Part shown: positions 1-9,900 of the stretch, in pieces
How the letters are laid out: each line of letters starts with the position of its first letter
Position numbering within the stretch: the first letter of the stretch is position 1
DNA from: Massalongia carnosa
Lineage: Eukaryota
Assembly (NCBI GenBank): GCA_965645245.1
Contig: OZ287080.1
Coordinates: forward strand, 744,001 to 808,000
Reading direction: 5' to 3'
Length of the DNA: 64,000 bases
The notes under the pieces: generated by a model
Seen by the model: only the letters and a program-made list of their open reading frames with translations
What the model was told of the DNA's origin: nothing
The model's database searches: none
Made by a program: the position numbers and the translations under genes

Positions 1-13
1 TTCAGGCCCCGAT

Positions 14-3000
14 TTGATCGAAAAAGCCAAAAAACCCAGCCCAGCCTACCAACCATTGCCATCTCGAGCAAGCCCGCACGAGAAAGAAATCCACCTAGCC
101 TTATTTAAGATGAATAAGGCCCTAACCCTAGCCACCGCCGTGACTCGTGAAGAGTTAGACGCTTACCGAGAAAGTAAGAACGTCGACCCAGCCCCCCTTC
201 TGCCCAAGCAATACCACGAATTCCTAGATGTCTTCTCGAAGAAGAAATCCGAAGACTTGCCCCCCCGCCGTCCCTACGATCATGCCATAAACCTGAAAGA
301 AGGTACGCAGGCCCCTAGTCAGGCCCTGTATGGTATGATTCGTACCGAAATCGAGGAGCTCCGCCGCTACCTCGACGAAAATCTAGCCAAGGGATTTATT
401 CGGGCTAGTCGCTCCCACGCCGCCTCCCCGGTGATGTTCGTGAAAAAGCCAGGTGGGGGACTTCGATTTTGCGTGGATTATCGTGCTCTGAATGCCATCA
501 CGATTAAGGATCGCTATCCGCTGCCCTTGATCGCCGAGACCCTGCACCAATTAATCAAAGCCAAGATATTCACCAAGATAGACATCATCGCCGCCTTCAA
601 TATGCTCCGCATACGAGAAGGAGACGAAGAACTCACCGCTTTTCGCACTCGTTTCGGCCTTTTCGAGTCCTTGGTCCTACCCTTCGGCCTATGCAACGGG
701 CCCGCCTCATTTCAGCACTTCATCAACGATACGCTTCACGAGTATCTTGCTGACTTTTGCACTGCGTACCTAGATGATATCCTCATCTACAGTGACAATG
801 AGCTGGAGCACGAGGTCCACGTCAAAAAAATCCTGTCTCGACTCCGAGATGCAGGCCTGCAAGCCGACATCACCAAGTGCAAGTTCCATGTCACCGAAAT
901 TGCATACCTAGGGATGATCGTGACCACCGAAGGGATAAAAATGGACCCGGCCAAGGTGGAAACCGTCGTCAATTGGCCAAACCTCGTCAATGTGAAAGAT
1001 GTGCAAAGCTTTCTGGGTATTGCTAACTTTTATAGACGATTCGTGTATGGGTTTAGCGACATAGCTGGCCCCCTAACCAACCTGACCAAGAAGGAGACGG
1101 AATTCCTGTGGACTGACAAATGCCAATTGGCATTCGAAATGCTGAAAAAAGCTTTCACCTCCGATGTCATTCTCAGGCATTTCGACCCCGATCGTCCCAT
1201 CATCGTCGAAACCGATGCCTCCGACTATGTTTCGGGGGGCATTCTTTCTCAATACGACGATGATGGGATACTTCACCCCGTCGCCTACTTCTCAAAGAAG
1301 CACAATCCCGCCGAGTGCAACTACGAGATCTATGACAAAGAACTGATGGCAATCGTTCGATGTTTTGAAGAATGGCGACCCGAACTAGAAGGATCTGCCT
1401 TCCCCATCAGCGTCATATCCGACCACAAAAACCTGGAGTATTTTGCCTCCACCAAGCAGCTCAGCCGTCGCCAAGCTAGATGGAGCGAATTTCTCTCTCG
1501 ATTTGACTTCAAGATAGTCTATCGACCAGGAAAAGCCGGAGGAAAACCGGACGCTCTAACTCGTCGATCGGGAGATCTTCCTAAAGAAGGGGATGATACG
1601 GACGAGCGAAGGAAATTTCAACACCAAACCATTTTGAAAACCGAAAACCTGGATGAGGAAGTCGCAAAAAGTTATTTGCGATCCATTCTTCTGGCACCAG
1701 CTTTCCTAGATGATGCAGATATCGAAGAAGCAGAACCTCAGCTAGATGAGGACCTCATCGATCCCGATGAGGATATCTCCACGGAGCTCCTCTGGGAACA
1801 AGCCCTGACACGAGACCAATTCGCCCCCGAAGTCCTGGGAGCCCTTCGTAATAACGAGAGGCATCACAATCGAATCCAATTAGCCGAATGCGAAGATAGG
1901 GACGGTATCTTGTATTTTCGAAACAAGAAATACGTACCTCGATCCGATCGTCTGAGGCTTCGTATCATTCAACTCGCTCACGATAGCGTCGCCGGCGGAC
2001 ATCCGGGCCGTTCCAAATGCCATGAGTTGGTAAATCGATCCTACTGGTGGCCCAGCATGCATCAGTCCATCAAGCGATTTATCCGAAACTGCCACACTTG
2101 CAGAAGATCAAAACCATCCCGCCAGCGCTATCAGGGCTGGCTACGCCCACTCCCCCCCCCCGAGCGCAGATGGCGGGATATTTCCATGGATTATGTAGGC
2201 CCCCTGACCCCCAGCACCTTCATTGGAATCACTTATCGCTACATCTTGGTGGTTATAGATCGCCTGTCCAAGATGCGACATTTCATTCCTATCACGTCCA
2301 TGGAAGTTGAAGACGCCGCCGATGCGTTCTATCAGAATGTCTGGAAACTACATGGGCTTCCCGAAGCCATGGTTTCTGATCGTGGCCCCCAATTCGTCTC
2401 CGATTTCTGGCAGCTCATGTGCAAGAGGCTGAAAATCGACGCCAAGCTATCCACCGGATACCACCCGGAGACCGACGGGCAGACCGAGCGAGCCAACGCC
2501 ACCATGGAGCACTACCTAAGGGCTTATGTCAACTACATGCAGGATGACTGGGCACAATGGCTTCCTGGCGCCGAATTCGCCAGCAATAACACCGATTCAT
2601 CTAGTATCCTGGCCTCCCCCTTCCTAGCCAACTTCGGGCAACATCCCCGCATGGGATTTGAACCGGAGGAACCCCTGCCGCAAGACCTAACCGCTCAGGG
2701 CAGAGCAAACCTAGTTGCAGCCAATCAGTTCGTGAATAAGATGCAGGATATCGACACTCATCTTCGAGACGAAATGCTGATGGCCCAAGCTTCGTACGAA
2801 GCAACTGCAAATGCTAGCCGACGTCCCTGCCCCCGCTATTTCGTTGGCGATATGGTGTGGCTAAGCACCAGAAATATCCAAACCGCTCGCCCCACAGTCA
2901 AGCTGGATGACCGAAATATCGGCCCCTACCGCGTCAGCAAGGTGTTTTCCAACCCCTTGATCGTACAGCTGGAGCTTCCCGATACCGTCAAAATCCATCC

Positions 3001-3328
3001 CGTCTTTCACGTCAATCTGTTGCAGCATGATGCCAATGACCCCCTCCCCGGGCAGAGACCGGAGCCTAGAGACCCCGTCATCGCCGAAGATGGCCAACGA
3101 GAATGGTATGTCAATAGGGTATTGAATTCCAAGCTCGACCGACGTTTTCAACCCCCGCTTCTGAAATACCTAGTGGATTGGGAAGGGCATCCTTCCACCT
3201 GGGAGCCTTTCAACTATCTCATCAATTGTCAGCAAGTCATAGACGAATACCACCAAGCCTATCCCAATGCGGCCGGCCCTCATCTAAACCCCTGTCAAAT
3301 TCCCCGTTGCCAATGCCACGAGGCATAG
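14..3328 (+). CDS. Gypsy Pol (RT, RNase H, integrase, chromodomain), 5'-partial
   Basis: LRFCVDYRALN, YLDD, ETDAS, YDKELMAI, HHCC zinc finger (AHDS..GH...CHTC), SMDYV/SDRGPQF/TDGQTE, C-terminal chromodomain (EWYVNRVLNS...YLVDWEG...TWEP). Confidence 0.93.
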   Translation: MIEKAKKPSPAYQPLPSRASPHEKEIHLALFKMNKALTLATAVTREELDAYRESKNVDPAPLLPKQYHEFLDVFSKKKSEDLPPRRPYDHAINLKEGTQAPSQALYGMIRTEIEELRRYLDENLAKGFIRASRSHAASPVMFVKKPGGGLRFCVDYRALNAITIKDRYPLPLIAETLHQLIKAKIFTKIDIIAAFNMLRIREGDEELTAFRTRFGLFESLVLPFGLCNGPASFQHFINDTLHEYLADFCTAYLDDILIYSDNELEHEVHVKKILSRLRDAGLQADITKCKFHVTEIAYLGMIVTTEGIKMDPAKVETVVNWPNLVNVKDVQSFLGIANFYRRFVYGFSDIAGPLTNLTKKETEFLWTDKCQLAFEMLKKAFTSDVILRHFDPDRPIIVETDASDYVSGGILSQYDDDGILHPVAYFSKKHNPAECNYEIYDKELMAIVRCFEEWRPELEGSAFPISVISDHKNLEYFASTKQLSRRQARWSEFLSRFDFKIVYRPGKAGGKPDALTRRSGDLPKEGDDTDERRKFQHQTILKTENLDEEVAKSYLRSILLAPAFLDDADIEEAEPQLDEDLIDPDEDISTELLWEQALTRDQFAPEVLGALRNNERHHNRIQLAECEDRDGILYFRNKKYVPRSDRLRLRIIQLAHDSVAGGHPGRSKCHELVNRSYWWPSMHQSIKRFIRNCHTCRRSKPSRQRYQGWLRPLPPPERRWRDISMDYVGPLTPSTFIGITYRYILVVIDRLSKMRHFIPITSMEVEDAADAFYQNVWKLHGLPEAMVSDRGPQFVSDFWQLMCKRLKIDAKLSTGYHPETDGQTERANATMEHYLRAYVNYMQDDWAQWLPGAEFASNNTDSSSILASPFLANFGQHPRMGFEPEEPLPQDLTAQGRANLVAANQFVNKMQDIDTHLRDEMLMAQASYEATANASRRPCPRYFVGDMVWLSTRNIQTARPTVKLDDRNIGPYRVSKVFSNPLIVQLELPDTVKIHPVFHVNLLQHDANDPLPGQRPEPRDPVIAEDGQREWYVNRVLNSKLDRRFQPPLLKYLVDWEGHPSTWEPFNYLINCQQVIDEYHQAYPNAAGPHLNPCQIPRCQCHEA

Positions 3329-3371
3329 ATAAGATGGCATCGCAGGAGCTCTGCCTTGAAGGGGGAGCTAC

Positions 3372-3858
3372 TGTCATGAAATGCCTCCGACCTCACCACG
3401 TGCCTCTATCACGTGCCTTGATCTGATGACTACTCACGGACGTCGTGCCATGCCTTCGGGACCCTCATATCATTCTTCGAATTCGCCGATTACTGATCAT
3501 TAATCAGCCTCGCATTGATGATTTATTCCCGTCTTTCGACTATTATCATGTCTAATAGCTTCGCATTGATGTTTGACATCTCCCGTCTCCTCGCTGACCC
3601 CATCGTGCTTATTGCCGCTATAATGCCCCTCATTCATCATCGCACTGACTAGACATCATTCGCCGCCACCCTAGAAAGATGAATATGGGAGGACAAAGAT
3701 ATAAGAAAGAAGTCGAATCATGGAAGTTCTGATTCTTTGTCGAACGTCTTGAATAGCCAACCTAGCCTAGCCTAGATTCATAGCTATAGACTCAATCAAT
3801 AAGCTTGACCATCAACCCACCTTGCCTTTGCCCTTGCCCTCGACCTGATTTCGTGACA
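3372..3858 (+). repeat. 3' LTR (~487 bp)
   Basis: TG...CA termini with 11-bp imperfect inverted repeat, directly after the PPT. Confidence 0.9.
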
Positions 3859-4069
3859 TTGACACTATTTATGAAGAATATGAATACCCGAAAGAATAAG
3901 CAATGGTAGAATAACGTCACCGGCCGAGCTGATACACTCTACTGAAGTAATGTAGTCATGATTATCCGGATCAGTCATATAAAGAGGCTTTCGTGGGTCC
4001 AAGGTGATTACTATTTGAGCTCGTCCGCATCCAATTCGAAAGCCTGTTTCGTCCATATTCCATATATCC

Positions 4070-4240
4070 TGTGACGAAGCGAGATAGTGAATAGATTTTC
4101 TACTATTGCGCCACCTGTCCTCCCGACCAAAAGGCACAATACTTAGTCAGCAGACCAAGCTCTATTCTACTATAACTGGGACTCCTGCTATGTTCGCTGT
4201 AGGTCCTGCCGTCCGCACCACGCAAGGTCGAACCGTTACA
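4070..4240 (-). mobile_element. Solo LTR (171 bp) of the TRIM family seen at 46976-47546
   Basis: TGTGACGAAG...ACCGTTACA, near-identical to the TRIM LTRs; flanks TATCC/CATCC (5-bp TSD with one transition). Confidence 0.9.
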
Positions 4241-4318
4241 CATCCAGCTCCGTTATTCCCTTTTCCCTCATCATCCTTTCTAATTTGCTGAAATATTCAA
4301 CCATATCGTTAACGTCGT

Positions 4319-4489
4319 TGTGACGGTTCGACTATGCGTGGTGCGGACGGCAGCACCTACAGCGAACATAGCAGGAGTCCCAGTTAAAGTAGAATAGAGC
4401 TTGGTCTGCTGACTAAGTATTGTGCCTTTTGGTCGGGAGGACAGGTGGCGCAATAGTAGAAAATCTATTCACTATCTCGCTTCGTCACA
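4319..4489 (+). mobile_element. Second TRIM solo LTR (171 bp), opposite orientation
   Basis: Reverse complement of 4070-4240; flanks GTCGT/GTTGT. Confidence 0.9.
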
Positions 4490-5423
4490 GTTGTGACTAA
4501 CTATTTTTTCGATCGACTGAGAAGCTTCTGTTTTCGTACATGAAGCTCGGGATTTCGATCAAGAAATCGCTTCAGTCACTGATGACCAAGAGTACGATTC
4601 TCAAAACGAATCAGATAATTTGCAGCCCCCACGATCAATTTGGGTCGCGCACACATGTTGGCCTTGTCCAATCGCTCGATGTAGTCACGAACAGCTTGTT
4701 CTTGCTTATCCGTCAGAGCTTTGTTGGTACTAGGTCGACTGCTTTTGGAGTTGCCTCCATTCCATCTTTTTTGAACCGTACGAGGGGCAACGTCAAAAGC
4801 TATAGCTGCAGCTCGACAATTAGTATACAAACCATCGTGTAACGCGTCAATTGCACTGTCAATCCGATCCTCGATAGCTGAATATGAATTGATCATTATG
4901 TTGTTGATTGTTGACGTGTCGAAGTTGAGGTGTAAAATGTTGAAAATGCGTCTTTGAACTGGTAGCGTCTTTAGCAATAAGGGATGCTCTCTGCATTCCG
5001 AAAGTGGTCTAGCACGATTAGACGAAATGATGCGAATATTCAGGAGGAGATGATATAAATCCGAAAAGAAAACCAATTTACTTCTGGACGCCGAACAATC
5101 ATTTTATGATCGCTGCCGAATTATGAGAGATTTTCCTCTGAGCAAAACTTATGATCGATTGTTGTCGCATATGTATGAAAAATAATCCAAAAAGATCTCG
5201 CAGTGATTAGTTACGAGACAGTGCCATCTCAGACCTGAGATGTTTCGAATGAAAAAATCTAATTTACTACTACTTTTCATTTACTTACTATTTGGCTTGC
5301 TATTTTTTCATGCGAATCTCAAAATATCTCTGATTTCTGCTCCGGACATGCTTCGCTTCGCTCCGCAACGGCCCTACGCTATCTCCTCCTTGGCACCCGC
5401 CAAAGCATCTGTCAAAGCATCTT

Positions 5424-5930
5424 CCAAATAGTCTCCCAGATAGCCTCCGCTGATTTTAATAAGGCCCCACATCTAGCCCCTAAATAGCCTTTCAAATAGT
5501 CTCCGCTGCTTTTCAAATAGTCTCCCAGATAGCCTCCCAAAAGCCTCCCAAAAGCCTCCCAAAAAGCCTTTCAAATAGCCTCCCAAATAGCCTTTCAATT
5601 ATCTTCCAAGTATCTCTCAAATATCTCCCAAATAGTCTCCCAAATATTCCCCTAAATAGCTATCAAATAGCCTCCCAAATAGTCTCCGCTGCTTTTCAGA
5701 TAGTATCTCAAATAGCCTTGCATAAAGCCTCGCATAAAGCCTCCCAAATAGCCTCCCAGATAATCTTCACCGCTTTCAAATAATATCCCAAATAGCCTCC
5801 CAAATAGCTTTCCAATTAGCCTCCCAAATAGTCTCCCAGATAATCTCCGCTGCTTTTCAAATAGCCTTTCAAATAGTCTCCCAAATAGTCTCCCAAATAG
5901 CTATCAGATAGCCTCTTGAATAGCCTCAAT
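5424..5930. repeat. Degenerate 12-bp minisatellite, consensus AAATAGCCTCCC, with interspersed CTCCGCTGCTTTTC units
   Basis: Tens of diverged tandem copies, directly visible. Confidence 0.85.
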
Positions 5931-6789
5931 ATCTATCTCCTTCGTTATCAATTTTCTTTTTCCGCCGCTTTTCGCATAGCTTCTTTAGCTTTTTGGTCTC
6001 GTGCATCTTGAATTCGTCTATTTTCTCGAAGCTGTCGATAATGAGACACTCTAGAAGCGTAAAATTAATCTACTCCGTTTTCTCCCTTCCAACCCGATTT
6101 TCTATTATATGTCGTTTGACGTGATTATAAGCCCGTCCGTCTCGAGTCTTATCTCTATCATCGTCAATTTTTTCGTCAAAGTATCTTCCGTTAATATTCC
6201 TGTATCGAGTTCACGTTGATATTCAGCGGTGAAAGGAGCTGCGATGAAAAGGCTAGGATGAAAAGAGCTGCGATGATAGGTAAATAACACGAAAAGCACC
6301 GTAAACCCAATCGAGTCCGCGTTAAATCTCTTATGGACGATTTCAAAGAAAATCTGATGCTTCGCAAAGAGACCTCCTCCCCCCACCGCAAACGGGCGAA
6401 AAAGCACGCAAGTTTCGAGATATCGACTATAGTTGATGTGATTAGTAGGTCTGCAAAGTTTTACGATATCATACGATGAAATGCATGCTCGCAATGAGGT
6501 GCCTCTTTTTGGTCCTTTCCGTACGGCGTCCTCTCCGCATTATTTGATAACTCAGTACTGTTCCGCAAGCCGCGTTCCCTTTTCGGGTTAAACCTAACCG
6601 CATGAGGTTGGATCTAACCGAATGAGGTAGTGTTGCCCAAAGTAGCAGGGGAACTCTTTCAGTACTATACCGTACAATTCTTTCTCGTCCCATAATAAGT
6701 CTGTTCATGTCCTATTCGGGTTAGACTCTATTACGGGATTCTATTGGTCAAAACCTGCCATGCGCACCGTGCGCCACCAAAGTGCTCGC

Positions 6790-6798
6790 GAAAAATTT
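6790..6798 (+). promoter_or_regulatory. RRPE-like motif (GAAAAATTT) ~130 bp upstream of the UTP10 ATG
   Basis: Resembles the yeast ribosome-biogenesis RRPE consensus TGAAAAATTTT and lies upstream of an rRNA-processing gene; short, so it could be chance. Confidence 0.35.
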
Positions 6799-6921
6799 CC
6801 TTTTCTCTAGAACTCGAAAATAGCTATCGCGTACTTCTGTACTCTGTACATAGAAATCAACCTGAGATTTTTTTATCAATGATCTGCATCATCATCATAA
6901 CAAACACTCTAGGTAGCAGCT

Positions 6922-9900
6922 ATGGCGAGTTCGCTTTCCCTGCAGTTAGCACAGATACGAGTGAAGGGTGTAAATCCTTTAGACCTCAAAGCACAGAAGA
7001 GAGAGCATTCGCGATCCCTGTTATTTGATCCGCGCATTGCAGCTGTTCAAGACTTCGACACCATTTTCCTTCTCTGCAATGAAGGATTCCAGGAACTTTG
7101 CCAGCTCGACACTAGATTTATCCTCTTTTCCCAAACAGTTTTCAGTGAACAGAGTAAATACCAGGATAGGGCGCAGATGACAGTTCAGCAGAATGATCAA
7201 CTGAATATCCTGCTGGAGGACTTCCTTGGTCTCATCGGTAATTGGCTACATCTTAAGCCAGCATTGAAAGCCATCGAATGGCTTGTGAGGCGGTTTAGGT
7301 GAGTATAAGGATTGATGACAGCCACTACTTTCTTCGCAAACATGATTTTTGAGTACTGATAAGGTACTCTGCATAGAATACAGTACGAAAACACCTTATG
7401 TCTGGTCTTAACCTTTCTACCGTTTCACACCACCCAGATTTTCCGAAAATTATTGGCTATCTTACCAGAAAGTCTACCACCAGTCCTCCGGTTCCTTCAT
7501 CCATACATCCGGTCGGTTGCAAATCCGCCACGCCATACCATTGTGTCCACTCTGATACACAACAACTCATTATTTGCTGAGATAAACTCGCGTGTTCTGA
7601 AGGTTTGCAAAGTAGGGCATCATTATCCGGCCCTACTTTCCTTCTGGGCAGCAACAATTACGGAAGGACTTGCTGGGATGTTAGATCAATCACGCTTAGG
7701 CAGATGGGAAGCGCAAAGGCGACATCAAGGGGATGCTATGTTTCGTATTATACCGACCCTGCACGATGGTCTGGGCCTTGAAAATGTTCCAGAACTTCAG
7801 CAGGGATGCTTCATGATTCTCACAATGCTCGCGACAAGAGTGGTGCTGCAAAATGAGGTTTTAGCAGTCCTGATGGAAGCGGTTGCATCTACATTAACAC
7901 GAGCGAGCTCAGCAGGACTCATCTGCCTTGCTTCTTTGGCGCAGCAAAGAGAAGTTGTTATTTTGCCAAACCTGGTTTTGAGGACTTTGCTCAACGTTGA
8001 AAAATTCGACGAGATGATTTTGGTGCTCAAAGCTAGATACAGAGTTGATAGGATAATTCTTGGTGTGATATTAGGTATTCTTGGGGAATTGCACATTGTG
8101 CACAATGTGGAGAGGGTGAGTATTGTGCGATCGTTCATCGAATCTGACTCGATGGATGATTCATTAACCGTTGTTGCCATCAAAGCGATCTTATTCGCAG
8201 CTAGAAATGAAAAAACCAAGCACAAGAAAGGATCAAAACCTAAAAGCTCGTTGATCGACCTACTGCTCAGTCTCGCCAAGAAAGAGAAATTGCGAGAGAT
8301 GATCCAAAGAGCTGTCCAGACATCTGATTTGGAACTGGATGTAAGACTGAAAGAACTAATACCGTTGAACCAACAGTCTCCTGGCCAAAACCATGAGAAC
8401 ATAGAAGTGGAATCCTTAGGCTCAGGTTCTATAACGAAAACCTATGAGGAGGTTGCGCATCAAATTGCCATCAAAATAGTGACTGAAACTAGCTTCCTTT
8501 CGCACTCTGACTCTGATGTATTTGAGAATCTTGCAAGCGCATTCATCCTCGCATCATCGTCAGCAGAGATGACCAATTTTTCTGACCTACCAGTGCTCCG
8601 CAAGCCTTCAATTCTGATTGAACCTTTGTATATTTCATTTTTTATCCGAATATGGTGTGGCGGCTATCCAGCTCCAACTCGCGCCGCGGCTCTCAAAATG
8701 GTAGCGGACTCCCTTGTAAGTCGGGAATTGGTTACGGACCTACAGATCCTACTACCTTACCTACTATACGGGCTGGCCGATCCTGTTCCAACCGTGCGCC
8801 AAGCTTCTGCACAAGTTGTGGCGACCTTGCTCTCAGGTTATAATAATGTTGGGAACGAACGGAGGCGGCTTGAACGTCCTGTCCTTGGCCAAGAGCAAAT
8901 ATACGGCTGGGGGCCACAATCCAGTGAAGTATTGTGGCTATCGGCGGATACAGCCGCTCGATTTCTCGAAGACATTCTAGCATCGAGCCTTGAAGAATGC
9001 TTACTTGATGCTAATCATATTTTACAGCTTGTCTCAAATAGCCTAAGGAGCGTGAAAAGGTCCAAGGCTTCTCAAAATATATTCAAGGAACTCAAAACTG
9101 CCCCTAAGCAGGCAATTTTTGCTTTTCTGTGCAGTCACGTTATCAGCACCCCAATATATACTGTGAAGTATCGTCTCCTGGCAATCTTAAACCAGATCGA
9201 GAAAGTGGGAAGCTTGTCAAGAACAAAGGCCCTCCTGCCAATGTTATCTAGAATTATTGGCATGAATCAGGAAAATTTTAAGGAAATAGCTGATACGGTA
9301 CCTGTCAGCACTCCGGAGCTACTTGATCGGCTATTTGAGGCCATATCGCCAGCTGATCGAGAGGGTATACACCTATTGCAGTCACTCATTAAAGCTGATC
9401 AACTACAGAGATCACATCTGTTTGTACTAGTGGCCCATAGACGTATTCGAGTGATTTGGTCATGTCTTAAGGCCGATCCGCAATTGGTTTTAGCGAACAT
9501 ACTGCTAGAAGAAGCCGCGAGGGAACGGGCAAACAACGATGATCAATGGCGAAGAGATGAAGCTTTGAATACTTTACGAATACTCCCACTTTCGCCCTTA
9601 ATTTTAGAGCATTTCATGGAGAACCTTTCTGCCTCTCGAAAGTGTACACAAGATAAGCCACACGCCACGAAACGCAGACAATCACGGCACGCTGGAAGAG
9701 ATAGCTATACTGATCATAATCCGCAAACTTTGGCGCTTAAGTTGAAGAAATTAGCATTGGTTCTAGAACTCATAGAGTCTAATAATACCAAGAAGCAACC
9801 ACAGCTGATGAAGGGCTTATTCGAGATCATGGATGACTTACAGCAACTTAACAGTCCATCTGGCCTCGATTTGGGATATCTCCAGGTTTTAGCGATGGGT

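Larger units (their letters stand above)
1..3858 (+). mobile_element. Ty3/Gypsy chromovirus LTR retrotransposon, 3' part (gag/5' LTR outside window)
   Basis: Open pol ORF, then PPT CCTTGAAGGGGGAGCTAC, then LTR 3372-3858 with termini TGTCATGAAAT...ATTTCGTGACA. Confidence 0.95.
3859..4990 (-). pseudogene. pogo/Fot1-family transposase remnant (HTH_psq, CENP-B HTH and start of DDE), split by two TRIM solo LTRs and cut by the Gypsy LTR
   Basis: MINSYSAIEDRIDSAIDAL...AAAIAFDV (4576-4895) and DIWNMDETGFRIG...DPDNHDYITSVECIS (3865-4069). The 5' TIR position is uncertain. Confidence 0.8.

Noticed and set aside
5000..5030. Helitron 3' end (CGTGCTAG on the minus strand)
   Set aside because: No subterminal GC hairpin and no Rep/helicase remnant.
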